IMG/VR virus record: IMGVR_UViG_3300025121_000020
Reading direction: 5' to 3' (one strand)
DNA length: 64,000 nucleotides
DNA from: an uncultured virus (IMG/VR IMGVR_UViG_3300025121_000020)
Lineage: Duplodnaviria; Heunggongvirae; Uroviricota; Caudoviricetes
The notes beneath the pieces are model-generated. The model was not told where the DNA came from and made no database searches. It saw only the letters and a program-made list of their open reading frames with translations. The position numbers were made by a program, and so were the translations under genes. This document shows positions 45,128-56,290 of the stretch, in pieces (positions within the stretch are counted from its first letter, which is position 1; the number at the start of each line of letters is the position of its first letter).

Positions 45128-45168
45128 GTATTACATACCTCACGAACGGGCGGGCAGGAGAGTTACTT

Positions 45169-45549
45169 ATGGACAGGCAGGATGTACGACGACATGTTTC
45201 CGAGTACATCGTTCCGGTTGACGACTTGAAATGGAAGACCGTCGACGATTACACCCTGAACACCCCGCTCGGTACTCACACGTGTCGGGCTGATGTGCTG
45301 GATTCGAGGCAGTACGTCATTTTGAAGCCGGGGGAGGATGAGCGACTCGAGAGGTTGCAGGTGGGGCTTTTTTGCGACTGGGTGATCGAGACGGGTGGCG
45401 TCATCCTCGCGGCGCAGTTGAAGTATATTCTGGAAGTTCTCGAGATGTCGCATGCCGCTCTACCCGCCCAGGGACAAACCTGTCCCGATGAGCAGAGTTC
45501 GCGCAAGCTTGCGTCCCTGTTCAAGAGGATGGTAGGTACTGAACCTTAA
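45169..45549 (+). CDS. hypothetical protein
   Basis: SD AGGAG; 126 aa. Confidence 0.6.
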   Translation: MDRQDVRRHVSEYIVPVDDLKWKTVDDYTLNTPLGTHTCRADVLDSRQYVILKPGEDERLERLQVGLFCDWVIETGGVILAAQLKYILEVLEMSHAALPAQGQTCPDEQSSRKLASLFKRMVGTEP

Positions 45550-46502
45550 AAAATACCCTTGACAAATATCTCTTTCTCAGTTACAGTACGGGAAACTGCA
45601 ACTGAGGAGTAATCATGTTCGAGCTTGACATTCAGAAGGATTGGGAGACGATCGGAGATGCGGAGCGTTTTGCGGCCTGGCTCGTGGAGGCCGTTGCCAT
45701 AGCGGAAGAGATGGGTGTAGACATCTAATTTAAAGGAGACAGCTATGCCGACGTCGAAGCTTACGGGACAAGAGATACGTGCTCTGCGAGAGGTATACAC
45801 GCGTTCCCAGCGTGCGAAAGGATGCCCGCGTGTCACGATGGTCAATCTGGCGAAATTGGAACCGTTGGAGACGCTGGAACCGTTGGAGGTGCTGTGGGCT
45901 GAGCCTGCGCCGGAGCCGAAGTCCTCGCGTTACTCTCTCCGGACTGCGATGCGTCGTCCGTACCTGTTCTACGGTTCTATGCTGACCGGTGCGGTTCTTG
46001 CCTGGATTCTCTGGTGGGTCCTGAACGTGCCGGCGGGGGCGATGGTTACGTTGGACTGAGGGGGTATCCCTTAGACAGTACCCCTCGAAGGGCAAAACCA
46101 ATGGCACTACAAAAGCTATCAGATGGCCGCTATCAAACCGATGATAGTCGGTACCAAGTGACGGTTGAACCTGCCGGCTCGAATCACGGTGCCGTGACCG
46201 TTGAGGACACGCAAGGCGCATCTTTGACTGGCGTCGACGGAAAGCCTGCCTCAAAGATCTGCCGATGTGGGGGGTTGGCGGGAGCGCGGTTGCTCATTCA
46301 TCGCGCGACGGGACCACATGAATACGTGCCTCCGCGATACGATGAGGAGTATGCCGCGGGCGTGGAATGGTTGGATACGTTAACTTGAGCTACCTGCTGA
46401 AGATCCGTCTGGCCTGCCGGGAATTTTGTACAGGGTATGCCTCTCGTGCGGCTATGTTCAGGCAGTCACGCGTCGTCACAAAAAAGAGAAGGTGTGACTG
46501 CT

Positions 46503-47471
46503 TCATGGCCGCATAACCCCCGCCACCACAGCCGCCAGGCTAACGTCATTCCCCAGCGGCCCCGTCAGGATCCCATCATGGGGTCCTGGCAGGATCACGT
46601 AACTCACCCCGAAATACTCCGCCCATGATCGCACCGACGGCTCCTGCATGTACTGGTCGCCGCCGAACCCCACCACCTTAACTGTCACCCCCTCGAGAAC
46701 ATCCGACCCCACCGGCGGGCGCAGGAACATCTCGAGCGAGGCGCGCCAGGGCTCAACGTTATCGATCGCCGACAGGATCTCGTCGTCGGCCGGGTACACC
46801 GCGCCCGTCCAGCGATCGGTGAAGAAGATCTCCTGGTACTCGCTCAGGTCGGGCTGCTGGCAGAGCATGCCCTCGTTCCCGACGGTGACCATGCTTCCCA
46901 GCGCGAGCAACGTCTTGGGTTTGTAAAGTGCGGGCGCGATGACGTCTCTCGGCTCCGACGGTGCGACGAAGACGGCGGACCCTGCTCGGTTGGCCAGGCC
47001 CTCGACTGCCTGAGCCTCGAGCAGGACTACCAGCCCTCCCATGGAGTGCGCGACAATGGTGATCTGGGGTGTCTCTATCTGAGCGTGGGTCTTGACCGCC
47101 AGCAAGACTGCGTCCAGATCGACGCGGTAGTCTTCCAGGCCCGTCTCGCCGAGCTCGCCTGCCCATCCGGTTCTTCCGTGGCCGCGAGCGTCCGGTGCGT
47201 AAAACCTGCACACGTCAGGGTAGAGCTCGAGCAGTTGCTCGCCCAACGGTAAGCAAGCATCTGAATCATGAGCCATCCCGTGCACGCATACGACCGCGTG
47301 GCGCCCTTCGCAGGAGCGGCTCGAGAGGTAGGGTACCGCGACAGAGCCCCAGTCGGTGGGAACGGAGAGAACTCCGTCGGAGGGGAGCGCGACGTCTTGG
47401 CCTGAAGTGAGGCGGGGGTCCTCGTGAACGGGGGAAATGAGTGCGAACATGAGAGCGAGTGTGCTTAGCAT
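46503..47471 (-). CDS. exported alpha/beta hydrolase
   Basis: signal-like N-terminus, HG, DARGHG, AHSMGG nucleophile elbow, C-terminal D and H. Confidence 0.85.
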   Translation of the reverse strand: MLSTLALMFALISPVHEDPRLTSGQDVALPSDGVLSVPTDWGSVAVPYLSSRSCEGRHAVVCVHGMAHDSDACLPLGEQLLELYPDVCRFYAPDARGHGRTGWAGELGETGLEDYRVDLDAVLLAVKTHAQIETPQITIVAHSMGGLVVLLEAQAVEGLANRAGSAVFVAPSEPRDVIAPALYKPKTLLALGSMVTVGNEGMLCQQPDLSEYQEIFFTDRWTGAVYPADDEILSAIDNVEPWRASLEMFLRPPVGSDVLEGVTVKVVGFGGDQYMQEPSVRSWAEYFGVSYVILPGPHDGILTGPLGNDVSLAAVVAGVMRP

Positions 47472-48261
47472 CTTGAGTACCTTTCTGTAGTGGCCCGTGA
47501 TTGGGCATACCTACCTATCGGTACTCTGTGAGGGGAACTTGAGAGGAAATGTGCACTCACTTAGTGAGGGTAGTATCTATTCGTAGCTTTGTGCAACCAG
47601 TGGTAAAGCAGAGAGCTGTGATACGCTCTGTCGATCCTAGTATCCTCCTTCGCCACAGGAGATTGCGCCCGCAATTCGGACACCGACAGACCCCTGACTT
47701 CACGCCCTTCTCATCGAATGCGCAAGTATAGCTCTGGGCAGCAATTTCGCTCCATGCTCGGTTGAAGTCTACGCTGTTCATATTCATACCCTGGAGTTAG
47801 TGTGCTTCATTCAGCAGTGTCCAGCATGATGTATAACGTCGCCGAGATCATATCGGCGAAGGATCGTTCCGTCTCCGACATCTTTCGCTCAGGCGCTTCC
47901 ATCTTCTCCCGGATCGCATCCGCCTCCGGTTCGTCACCCTTGCCCGCCGCTATGGCGAGGTGCAGTTGATAGAGTAATCGAAGATACTCTATCATCGCCT
48001 GCGATTCGTGCGGCGGTATCCCAAGGCCGCGGTCTACGGGTAACTGCGCTCCGCATGCGCATACGACGGTCTCGCCGCGAGCGATGGACTGGCCGGAGTA
48101 GCGGCACGAGGGGATCGTGTAGCTGGCGATGACGGCTTTGGTGGCCGGGTGCACCGGGGGGAGGATGTTATAGTTTACGAGAAAATCAAGCATGTTTACT
48201 CCTTGAAAGCCTACTAGTCGTGAGCAGTATCAGCGATTGCTTTTGTAACTGTTGGCTGCGC

Positions 48262-49698
48262 CTACTGCATCGCCTCCCTCAGATACCTCGGGCACATCGG
48301 CCCATTCAAGATCTCCATGCACGACGAATCATACACGTACGTCACCCCTTTATCCTCCTTACTCCTGCAGACCCTCCCACACATCTGCACGAAGGTCTGC
48401 GCAGTCTTCCAGTTCAGCCATTTCCTGCCCATCGCCTCGTTCCGTTCCAGGATCGCCTTCACCCGCACGTCCCCGATGTAGGGCACGGGGGCCTTTACGA
48501 TCGCCTGCCAGGTGGTGATGAGCCCGTCGATCCCCTCGTGCAGTCCGGGACCCACCAGGACCTTATCCGCGCCCAGTCTCCCGCTCAGGAAGTGCTCGAT
48601 CACTGCGTCCCGGTCCGAGCCGATGGGGAGGCGGATGACGCGGTCTGATGCCAGTCCCTGGCATACCTTCTCGCTCAGCGCGTGGCTCACGGTATGAATG
48701 ATGCCCGCCTCCCCCGCGTGATGGCCCATGTCGTCGCGGAGCGCCTTCATGACGCGCGGGAACGCTTGATCCTGGTACTTCCGACTCATCTTCCCGCACC
48801 AGCGTCCTACGATGGGGCGGTTCTCTTTGGGGAAGGTGTGGTCCGCGTCGATCATCTCCCACGATCGCTTCGAGAGGCCGAGCTCCGCCAGTAGCATCGT
48901 GGGCTCCAGGATGGTGGCCGACACGATCACGACGCGGTCTCCCCTGTCTGTTATCAGGCTCCCTACCGGAGAGAGCTTTGTCGGCGTGAGCAAGAGGCCG
49001 TCCCTACTCCAGGACTCGACGAACCCCAGGTCCAGCGGCGGGCGTGCAGGCGCGTCGTCCTCAAACTCCTCACCGCATCCATACACCCAGGGGAGAGTGC
49101 GGATCTTTCGGACGACGCGCTTCGCGTTTCCGTAGAGGTCCTGCGCGCCGCGTTCCGCCGCGAGTAGCAGGTCATTCAGTGCCGTGTCGCGCTGCACGTC
49201 GAGCTGCCAGATGTCCTCCTGAGAGAGGGAGATCTCGATCATGCCCCCCACGGCCTCGATCGCCCGGTGACCCTCATCCAAGAACAGCCCGTGGCGGGGG
49301 GAGAACGCGCGTCTCTGGTGCACGATGGAGGCGTGGTTGTGCACCACGAGGGGGGAAGCCAGAGCCTCGTCTACGGCGCGGTAGTACGGGCATCCGGGGT
49401 GCCTCTTGTGCTCGTCCGGGTCGTCTCGTGCGACGGGGCAGGCGTAGTTCGAGACGCCCTTCATGATCTTTACGTCCCCGTATGAAGCGAGCTGGTCTTG
49501 CAGCGCGCGCTGGGGGGTGGCGATGTAAGATGTGTCGGGCCAAGAGCGCGCTAATGCGATCTCGATCAAGCTCTTCCCGGCACCTGGGGGGGCTTGAAGT
49601 AGCAGCACCTCCGCGTCGGAGGCGGCTAGCTGGTCCAGGATCTCGATCTGCTGCGGACGGGGGGTGAGGCCGCCGAGGTGGGGGGTCCAGTCAGTCAT
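48262..49698 (-). CDS. DinG/Rad3-like helicase
   Basis: PRPQQ, APPGAGKS, LDEGH, SAT, EGID, QMCGRVCRSKED. Confidence 0.9.
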   Translation of the reverse strand: MTDWTPHLGGLTPRPQQIEILDQLAASDAEVLLLQAPPGAGKSLIEIALARSWPDTSYIATPQRALQDQLASYGDVKIMKGVSNYACPVARDDPDEHKRHPGCPYYRAVDEALASPLVVHNHASIVHQRRAFSPRHGLFLDEGHRAIEAVGGMIEISLSQEDIWQLDVQRDTALNDLLLAAERGAQDLYGNAKRVVRKIRTLPWVYGCGEEFEDDAPARPPLDLGFVESWSRDGLLLTPTKLSPVGSLITDRGDRVVIVSATILEPTMLLAELGLSKRSWEMIDADHTFPKENRPIVGRWCGKMSRKYQDQAFPRVMKALRDDMGHHAGEAGIIHTVSHALSEKVCQGLASDRVIRLPIGSDRDAVIEHFLSGRLGADKVLVGPGLHEGIDGLITTWQAIVKAPVPYIGDVRVKAILERNEAMGRKWLNWKTAQTFVQMCGRVCRSKEDKGVTYVYDSSCMEILNGPMCPRYLREAMQ

Positions 49699-50069
49699 GA
49701 GGCACCGAAGTGAGAATTGAGATGACGGCGCGGATCTCGACTGCTTGGTGCAGGAGGGTGCTCCCCAGCGTCGTCAGGCCAAGGGAGCAAGCAGCTAGCT
49801 TGAGGGCGGAGAGGGTGTCCGCGATGTTGGTTAAGCGCGCAACGGATCGGTCAATTTTTGCTTGAGTGGTCATTTCATTTGATACCAGTAGAGGAGGATG
49901 TTCAACCCAAAGGCTAAAAAGCCTACGAAGGGCCATAGGTTGACGAGGGGGCAGTCACGGACTATGCTTGGAGCTGTCCTCTCGGAAAGAAGGTCATGGT
50001 GGTACTTGTGCACAAGTGCTCCCAATAGAAAGTAGTTTTGTCAGCGCTGTCAGGTGGCATGCACGCATC

Positions 50070-50582
50070 TTAGAACGGAATTTCGCTATCTGTAAGTTCG
50101 ACTGAGGACATCGTTGCGTCTGGGTCTGCGAAGCACTCTGTTTCGAAACCCCACGACCCAGTCAGGTTACCGTAACTCGCTGGGTATTTCGCTACTTGCC
50201 GGATCTCGACGCTTTCTTCGTCGTTTGCGCGAGCTTGAAGGCGATCGTGAAGGGAGATCGCTTCCTTCCAGGTAGCAACCGTTCCTCTCAGCTCGCTGTG
50301 CTTCCCAAGGATCTCATCCCTCCCACCGCGTCGGGGGGTACAGACGTATACGCGGAAGCGGTCGGCGATTGTACTGGGTGGGACCCTGTCCCGTGCCGGG
50401 TCGGCAAAGGTGCAACCGGACTTCACGGTGATCTTGCAGTCGCCGTATTCCCCGATCAAATAGCCGGTCCCGATGTCGAAGCATCCGAGCTGCCGACGCA
50501 CGAATGCGCGAGCCTTCGGAAGTGTTGGATACTTGCGGACCTTGTTGGTGCCGTCGGTCGTTGTCATGCGAAGTTCGATCAT
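50070..50582 (-). CDS. hypothetical protein ending DSEIPF
   Basis: 170 aa; SSB-tail-like end; divergent promoter region upstream. Confidence 0.55.
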   Translation of the reverse strand: MIELRMTTTDGTNKVRKYPTLPKARAFVRRQLGCFDIGTGYLIGEYGDCKITVKSGCTFADPARDRVPPSTIADRFRVYVCTPRRGGRDEILGKHSELRGTVATWKEAISLHDRLQARANDEESVEIRQVAKYPASYGNLTGSWGFETECFADPDATMSSVELTDSEIPF

Positions 50583-50599
50583 GTGTGCCCCATCTAGTA

Positions 50600-50690
50600 C
50601 CTATTTTTTAAGATTGTGTACCCTTTCCTGCCTTTTGTCAATAATTATCTGTTGACAAATTTCGAATCATATTTTAAGATTGAGTACAGT
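50600..50690. promoter_or_regulatory. divergent promoters with TTTTAAGATT elements
   Basis: TTGACA on both strands (~50641 minus, 50652 plus) at a transcription switch point. Confidence 0.7.
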
Positions 50691-50714
50691 TTAACTCTTT
50701 GGAGGGAAAAAGCA

Positions 50715-53130
50715 ATGGAAAACAACGTAAGCCTGGTTCGCAGCGACGAACTCTCACAGGGTGTCTCGGTAGCCTTCTGGGTACTCGAAGTTCTCCGAGA
50801 CATTCGTCGCCTAGCGGAAACGGACCGTCCGGTGACGCAGTACCTGCGTCGGCTGGACCTTAACGAGTCGCATGAGCGCCTCCAGGCGTGGATGTCATGA
50901 GGGTACAGCAGGCCGGCGTTTGGGTAGTTCGGGACGGGAAGCCTTTTCGCTTCATGGTGGGGTACGAACCCTTCCACTCGGAAACAGAAGTGCGGACGGA
51001 GATCCGGAAGGCAAGGGAGGCGATCGCACTGCTTCAGACGGCGATCGAGAACATGGAACGGCTCTTGTCGGAGGATAGGGACGAGTGAACCTTCAAATCC
51101 AAGGCGTGCTGCCTGCCGAAGCACGCCAGGAGGCATGCAAGATGTTTGACTTCAGGAAGCTACTGTCCCCAGAGGCCCGCTGCCGCCTCCGTCATTTCCA
51201 CCAAGAGCAACTTTACTTCTCTGCTTTGACTGACGCGGAGTTGCGGGAGCGCGCCGTATACTACCTGGGAAACTGCCAGCGCGACGGGTTAGCCTCCTAC
51301 CAACCCGGGGAGCCCGTCTACGACGCTTCGATGCGCCACACGATACTCCCTGAGCTAATCGCGCGTCTGGACCCGAACAGGGAACGTCCAGTGCGTTTGA
51401 GCGGGGAGGAGCTGGCGAGTGCGCTCACGGATGTTCCGAGTACGTGGGTCGTGGAGAGGGAGGGGGTGTGTTGGCGAGCGGAAGAGCTTCGGATTGAAGA
51501 GGGTAGAGTGCGAGGGGCTTCGGAAAGAGAGAAGTGGCTGATACTGTGGGCCGTGCGGTGGAGAGATCCTTATGCGTAGATTCAGCGAGGGGGACTACCG
51601 GATACTTCTCCACATTCGGCAGGAGGGGGGTGTATGGGTGGGCGGGGAGGGTATCACCCATTGCGCAGCAAATCGCCTTCTCGAGTGGGGACTCGTTCAG
51701 TACCGGAGGCCCTCAGAGTTGCTGCTGACGAGCAAGGGTACAGAGCTACTACTGAGCGCCCGAAAGGCGGCAATAGAGCACATGAGGAGCATGTTATGAT
51801 CGCCAAGAAATTACGCGCGCTTCCGGACTTCCACTCGAGTGCGTCCCTCTACTCGCTGGACATTCCCTACCCGCCGAGTAACTACCGCCCGGACATGGCG
51901 CCGATCGATTACGTGGTCGCCTGCGCTCCCGCTGCAATCGGGTTAGGTGGGGATGACAGCGTGATTCTTCTTCCAGCTACGGAGACGGGAGAAATCCGGA
52001 ACTGCAACGACCTGCCCGGGAGCTGGGTGGAGAGCGCCGAGGAAGCGTTCAGAAGGCATGGTTATGTCACCGAGTGAATACTATCGCACCCGTTATCCCG
52101 GTGAGTCCTGGACGCCAGCGATCATCGCAGAGGACGTCACTGAGACGTGCAGGCGCCTTGGGTGGTCGCCGGAGAGGGTGAGGGAGCATCCGGCGGAGGC
52201 GGAGAGTGAGGCGGTCGAAATTTGGCTGCACTTGGAAGAAGTGGCGGAAATGACGGGGGACATCCCGGTGGAGGAGTGGTGAGAAGTATTCTATAACGCG
52301 TGTGGTATCGCCTGTGCGTGCTCTGGTGGCGGCGAAGGCACAAAAAGGCGGATAGCCCTTATCAGTACGTTGTGACCTATGTGGATAATTTGGGAAAGGC
52401 ATCGCCAGAAGTCCCGACCGTCCCCTGCGGTACGGTCGTTGCGGGAAAGGATGTCAAGCTAACCATTTCCGGCGTTCCAGCAGATGCCAACCGTATCAAA
52501 ATCTACCGCAAGATCCCGAAAGGAGCCAAGTGGTGAAAATAGACGATCTCCTGCGTACCTTCGCTGAGGCGTCTCCCGCACTATATTGTCCGCAGTCGAC
52601 TTGCATACCAAGGTTCCTACTGAGGGACGTGTCAAGTTGACTGTTTCTGGTGTTCCTGAAGACGTGGAATGCATCAAAGTCTTTCGTACGAGAGGGTTCC
52701 CCCCGCGATGTATCAAGAAAGGACGATTGTGAAATTAGAGGATCTTCGTCACATCTTCGCTGAGGCATCCCCCGGCATCCATCAGGCGCGTGAAGCGCAT
52801 CGCGTCTCTGACGAGCAGCTCGAGAAACGACATGAGGCTCTGGACAAGCTCTCGAAGCCCTTCGTGCTGGCTCTCCGCAGACGCCTGTGGCGCACGTACA
52901 AGATCGATGCCTCTGTCCAGGTTCTGCATTCTCGATCTTACGCGGAGACGGTACCTTGGATCGAGTTGGTCTGGAAAGGACGGGCGGGCAAAGTTGTCAT
53001 GGACATCCCGAGCTACTGCACGACGCAGGAAGGGCTGGATGTCTGGGTGGGGGCGTTCGTTCGGGCGGTGGGGGAGATGGAGAAACTCTCCACGTATGTG
53101 GAAGTAAAAAGCATAAGGATCGTGATATGA
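50715..53130 (+). other. run of small hypothetical ORFs (50715-50900, 50897-51088, 51085-51579, 51572-51799, 51796-52077, 52064-52282, 52300-52536, 52728-53130)
   Basis: co-oriented with ATGA/GTGA overlaps. Confidence 0.55.
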
Positions 53131-53981
53131 ACCAACAGTTAATGAAATGGCCGGGAGGGAAAAGACAGCTCCTCCCTGAAATCATAGCCCGGCTGCCTTT
53201 TACCTGGAACACCTACTACGAGCCCTTCGTGGGTGGTGCGAGCGTGTTCTTCGATCTCTGCAAGAGAGAGTTGGTAACACCCTCTGCGGTCATCTCAGAC
53301 AGTAACGCAGATCTGATCTCTCTTTACACGATCGTGCGAGAGTCCCCAGAGACTGTGATCGCCCGCGTCTCTGTGCTGGCCGAAGAGATTTCTGAGGAGC
53401 GCTACTACGCGGTGCGCTCAAAGTTCAACGCGGAACGTGACGCCCCATCTGCTCAACGCGCCGCGTGGTTCCTCTATTTGAACCATCTGGCCTTCAACGG
53501 CATCTATCGGGTGAACAGGAAGGGAGAGTTCAACGCCCCCTACTGCCACCCGGAGAAGTACGGAGGCGGTGGGTCGAGAAAGCACTCCGCTGCGGAGATT
53601 GTCCGCCCTGATGTCGTTCGAAAAGCCTCCGCGCTTCTGTCGAAGGCGACGATACGTTGCGCGGACTTTCGAACCGTGCTCGAGACTGTGAAGGCCGGAG
53701 ACTTCGTCTACCTGGACCCGCCCTACTGGCCCCGGAACGTGACGTCGAATTTCACGGCGTATGCAGGGACTTTCGGCCCGGAAGAGCAGGGAGCGCTCGC
53801 CGGGTGCGCGATGGATCTCGAGGCGCGCGGGGTCCAGTGGATGCTGTCGAACTCTGATGTCTGGTCGGTCCGGGAATTGTATAAAAGGTTCCGGATCGAG
53901 ACGGTGATGGCGCGGAGGGGGATTAACTGCAAGGCAGGGGGGAGGGGGAAGGTGGCGGAAGTGCTGGTGAGGAACTATTGA
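53127..53981 (+). CDS. dam: Dam/D12-class N6-adenine DNA methyltransferase
   Basis: KWPGGK, YYEPFVGGASV, FNGIYRVN.KGEFN, YLDPPY. Confidence 0.93.
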   Translation: MNQQLMKWPGGKRQLLPEIIARLPFTWNTYYEPFVGGASVFFDLCKRELVTPSAVISDSNADLISLYTIVRESPETVIARVSVLAEEISEERYYAVRSKFNAERDAPSAQRAAWFLYLNHLAFNGIYRVNRKGEFNAPYCHPEKYGGGGSRKHSAAEIVRPDVVRKASALLSKATIRCADFRTVLETVKAGDFVYLDPPYWPRNVTSNFTAYAGTFGPEEQGALAGCAMDLEARGVQWMLSNSDVWSVRELYKRFRIETVMARRGINCKAGGRGKVAEVLVRNY

Positions 53982-54336
53982 CTATGCGAAGTAGAATCTA
54001 CCAGCACATCGCTGCGCACCCAGGATGCCGACGTTGTGACGCACTGTTACTATCCCACTGGGTGGTTCAGTATCTTGGAACCAGGTCGTCAACACACTTT
54101 CTCGGAGAGTGATCGGGAATGGGCTCGAGTTTCGCTGGATAGGATAAAATTGTAGTTGACTTTTTAATACTAGGTAGAGTAAACTCAACTTTTGAAGGGA
54201 AGCTGCAACGCGCAACAATTCGAACCTTGGAGGCCCTATGCACTACCGCATCTCGATGGGATACTGACTTAACGCAATCGCAGGTTTGACGAGGGGGACG
54301 TTTCTTTTTGTTACTTAACGCTACTAGAGGTGAAAA

Positions 54337-55479
54337 ATGGCAGACGTATCGTTGATGATCCCCGGGCAAACCGGGGTCGTCGAATTCGATGAAGACAACA
54401 TCTCTTCACAGGGGGTGCAGACCGTCGAGAACATCCCCAGTTCCACGCGCATTCCGCGCGTCCTTCTCCTGACTACGAATTCTGGACTCCATGCCACCGC
54501 GGGATTCGCTCCCGGTACGTGGGCGTTGGGCGGGAAGATTCCCCGACCGATCACGAGTGACCCCGAAGCTCCGTTCCTGTTCGTGGTATCGGCGATCCGG
54601 CACCTGCAGGTTCGGCAGAACCCCTTCGACGCCCCCGTCGACAAAAGCAAGGTTCTCTGTGCGGGGTTCTGGGACGCTGAAAAAGGCAATTTCAGCGCTA
54701 TCGTCCCGGGAGGTATTCAGTCTCCATCCAACCAGGGGTTGCTCGCCCGGACGGAAAAGAAGCCTATCAAGGGCTCGAAGAAGATGGAGGACGTCCTGTC
54801 CGGGTGGGAGTTCCCAGAAGACTGTGAGCCTACCACTGACTGTGCACGATGTCTCTACGGGCCAGGACGCAACCCGAAGGCTCGTCCCGGTGATCGCGGG
54901 TTCTTGCCAAAGAACTTCAAAGCCGTCACGAAGGAAGGGATCGTACTCGAGTGCGCCGTACCGGACGACCTCCGGAAACCCGGGAAGACGGACTGCGCAG
55001 TGACGATCGCAGTGATCGGGCACATCGCGGTGCCTGGGTACGACGGTGCGCCGTCGGAGTGGCTTCCGGGTAAGCTGGTCTTCAAGTCGACCGGGTTCGC
55101 GGCGGGTCAAGCTCTTGACAACCTGATCAAGAGCTGGGTTCGTGACACCACCAAGGCGCCGTGGAGCTACATGGTACTGGTAGGGTCGTCTGCGAAAACA
55201 AACGCAGGCGGTGTCAGCTACCGAGCCGTCGAGTTCCTCGGCCCGCACAAGGCCAAAGACACGACGGGCAAGGAGCGACCCGTTTCAACACCGGGGCCGA
55301 AGGCGGAGGCGGCAGGGAAGACGAACGTGCAGGCTATGGCGCGGGCGCTGGCGGAAGGGCTCGAGGATGCGGACTGGATCGGCGGGCTCGAAGATGATGA
55401 CGGAACGGAGCGGCCGCTGGACGAGGACGCGCGGGAGATGGCGGGAAGTGTGGAGGAGCCTGCGGATCAGGCGTACTGA
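54337..55479 (+). CDS. hypothetical replication protein with acidic tail (possible SSB/annealing protein)
   Basis: SD GAGGTG; very acidic C-terminus; upstream of pol module. Confidence 0.55.
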   Translation: MADVSLMIPGQTGVVEFDEDNISSQGVQTVENIPSSTRIPRVLLLTTNSGLHATAGFAPGTWALGGKIPRPITSDPEAPFLFVVSAIRHLQVRQNPFDAPVDKSKVLCAGFWDAEKGNFSAIVPGGIQSPSNQGLLARTEKKPIKGSKKMEDVLSGWEFPEDCEPTTDCARCLYGPGRNPKARPGDRGFLPKNFKAVTKEGIVLECAVPDDLRKPGKTDCAVTIAVIGHIAVPGYDGAPSEWLPGKLVFKSTGFAAGQALDNLIKSWVRDTTKAPWSYMVLVGSSAKTNAGGVSYRAVEFLGPHKAKDTTGKERPVSTPGPKAEAAGKTNVQAMARALAEGLEDADWIGGLEDDDGTERPLDEDAREMAGSVEEPADQAY

Positions 55480-55496
55480 GGTTACCAACCATCAAC

Positions 55497-55672
55497 GAAC
55501 CGTCCGGCATCAGGTGAGCCGGAAGTCCCGACCTAGCCCAATCGGGCGGGTGACTCGATTCATCCCAGTCCCCGGCTATGTCCCGTGAAACGGGAAGTGA
55601 GTTCGTACACACGACGCGTCCCTCGCATGAAATCAGGAACTGAACGCGTCGCTGGGGATCAGGGTTTATTTT
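55497..55672 (+). ncRNA. unassigned structured RNA (partly related to copies A/B)
   Basis: several nested stems; shares TCCCGAC..ATCGGG..CGGGTG with A/B. Confidence 0.55.
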
Positions 55673-55674
55673 TC

Positions 55675-55836
55675 GGCAGGGAGCGCTCCCGACTCCCCAC
55701 TGACGAAACATCGGGAGGGCGGGTGGCACCGCGCGCTTTTTATAGACCTTTGGAGCAAAGCAGCCAAACCGAAGGATGCTGGCAAGAGCATCCTTTGACC
55801 CAGCGGGGGAGGCCGCGTGCCTGACAGCGGGATTTT
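55675..55836 (+). ncRNA. unassigned pseudoknotted RNA, copy A
   Basis: paralog of 56291-56448 with stems preserved despite sequence change. Confidence 0.75.
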
Positions 55837-55849
55837 ACTACTCAGGGAG

Positions 55850-55972
55850 CGCTAATCTAGCCCCGGTAGTGGCTTCGTCGGGATCTTAATTCGCCTGCGG
55901 AGTAATCGGTCGATCTGGACCGCCCCGGGAAACAGGTATTTCGCATACCTTTGGGTATGTAGAGAGAAGCAG
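55850..55972 (+). mobile_element. 123-bp IS607 mini-element: left tip + omegaRNA scaffold/right end
   Basis: GAG|CGCTAATCTAGC identical to IS left end; ends GTAGAGAGAAGCAG. Confidence 0.93.
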
Positions 55973-55980
55973 GATTCCAG

Positions 55981-56244
55981 ATGGACGACATGCACATTCG
56001 CGACGCTCTGCAAGCTTTCAAGCGGTCTGCGGAAGTTGGGGTCGAGGAAATAGAACGGAACCGCTGTAGAGTCGAGAACGGGTGGCTCGTGCTCCAGAAG
56101 AGTGGGAAGCCGCACACGGCTTCTGACGGCGTAGAATACGCCCCGCTCGATCCGATCGTGTACTTCGACGAGTTTTTCGCCAGAGTCGTGGCGAAGTCGA
56201 TCGAGGGGTCGGTGGTGACGGTGAGAGAGTATTTGGAGGGGTGA
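55981..56244 (+). CDS. hypothetical protein
   Basis: 87 aa; SD reconstituted when the mini-element is removed. Confidence 0.65.
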   Translation: MDDMHIRDALQAFKRSAEVGVEEIERNRCRVENGWLVLQKSGKPHTASDGVEYAPLDPIVYFDEFFARVVAKSIEGSVVTVREYLEG

Positions 56245-56290
56245 TGCCCTCGATACCTCCTGATCGCTTTTCAAAGTAATCTAGTGCGCA

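Noticed and set aside
46391..46437. Second hammerhead (CTGAAGA...GAA)
   Set aside because: GAAA core and stem III are not properly formed; more likely a hairpin between convergent genes
55715..55735. T-box riboswitch (GGGTGGCACCGCG)
   Set aside because: No Stem I/specifier or terminator, and no amino-acid gene downstream
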